This document shows, in pieces, positions 63,705 to 64,000 of a stretch of DNA of 64,000 nt. Position 1 is the stretch's first letter, and every line of letters starts with the position of its first letter. Both the position numbers and the translations under genes were made by a program. The stretch comes from Candidatus Bathyarchaeota archaeon (GTDB lineage Archaea; Thermoproteota; Bathyarchaeia; Bathyarchaeales; DTEX01), in contig CAVQNT010000007.1 in assembly GCA_963714275.1 (NCBI GenBank), positions 64,001-128,000 of the forward strand. Direction: 5' to 3'. The notes beneath the pieces are model-generated. The model saw only the letters and a list, made by a program, of their open reading frames with translations, ran no database searches and had not been told where the DNA came from.

Positions 63705-63919
63705 TAACAGTTCAACGTAGCAGTTTGGGTTTTGTTCTAGGATGCTTGATTATGTTAGCATACGTGTTCATACCTCTATAGTAGTTATGCCTAATACTGG
63801 TAGTACTTTAAGGGGTTCAAACAAATAAAAGAGAAAATTGAAATGAACATTGGCACATGATATTATAAGAGTAATAGGCAGCAAATGTCAATAGAATACA
63901 TGTAAGAGAAGGAATCATA

Positions 63920-64000
63920 ATGGTAGATTTACCAAAAACCATGAAAGGGTTGGTTGTCTATGCACCAGGGGATTATAGGCTTGAAGAAGTCCAAGTCCCA
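63920..64000 (+). CDS. 5' end of a zinc-dependent alcohol/polyol dehydrogenase
   Basis: MVDLPKTMKGLVVYAPGDYRLEEV, a typical MDR N-terminus; runs off the window. Confidence 0.7.
   Translation, partial: MVDLPKTMKGLVVYAPGDYRLEEVQVP

Noticed and set aside
56750-63900. Integron cassette array
   Set aside because: The genes are in mixed orientations, and no recurring attC-like RYYYAAC...GTTRRRY hairpins were found by eye.

Overview
This is an archaeal chromosome segment, most likely Bathyarchaeia/TACK. That call is inferred from GatDE, a proteasome beta subunit, ABCE1, Cgi121, Trm1, an archaeal TPI and a RACo-type corrinoid activator. Housekeeping blocks (nadX-nadC, trm1, nadE, gatDE, psmB, tpiA, ABCE1, rtcA, htpX) alternate with accessory regions. 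Many genes, including essential ones, carry single-base frameshifts, which points to assembly indels, so split ORFs are joined below. The clearest structural find is a ~4.8 kb AT-rich tyrosine-recombinase element (34597-39400) inserted inside a nitroreductase gene. It lies between 7-bp ACCAAGG direct repeats, and removing it restores the reading frame at the junction. It carries HEPN-like and PIN-like nuclease cargo and an unannotated 55-aa zinc-ribbon ORF. Other candidate novel systems are: (1) a stand-alone NurA-HerA pair next to three related winged-helix proteins, a DUF5343-like protein and a TTGT-N3-ACAA repeat array; (2) an MCM-like AAA+ ATPase lacking the MCM N-terminal tier; (3) an orphan PqqD/RRE protein near a tandem-domain C/CH protein; (4) a solo integrase flanked by inverted repeats. 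There is also a glycoside-hydrolase island around tRNA-Leu(TAG) and an AT-rich island (57-64 kb) with TIR and GmrSD-like genes. All family assignments come from motif recognition by eye; no database searches were run.
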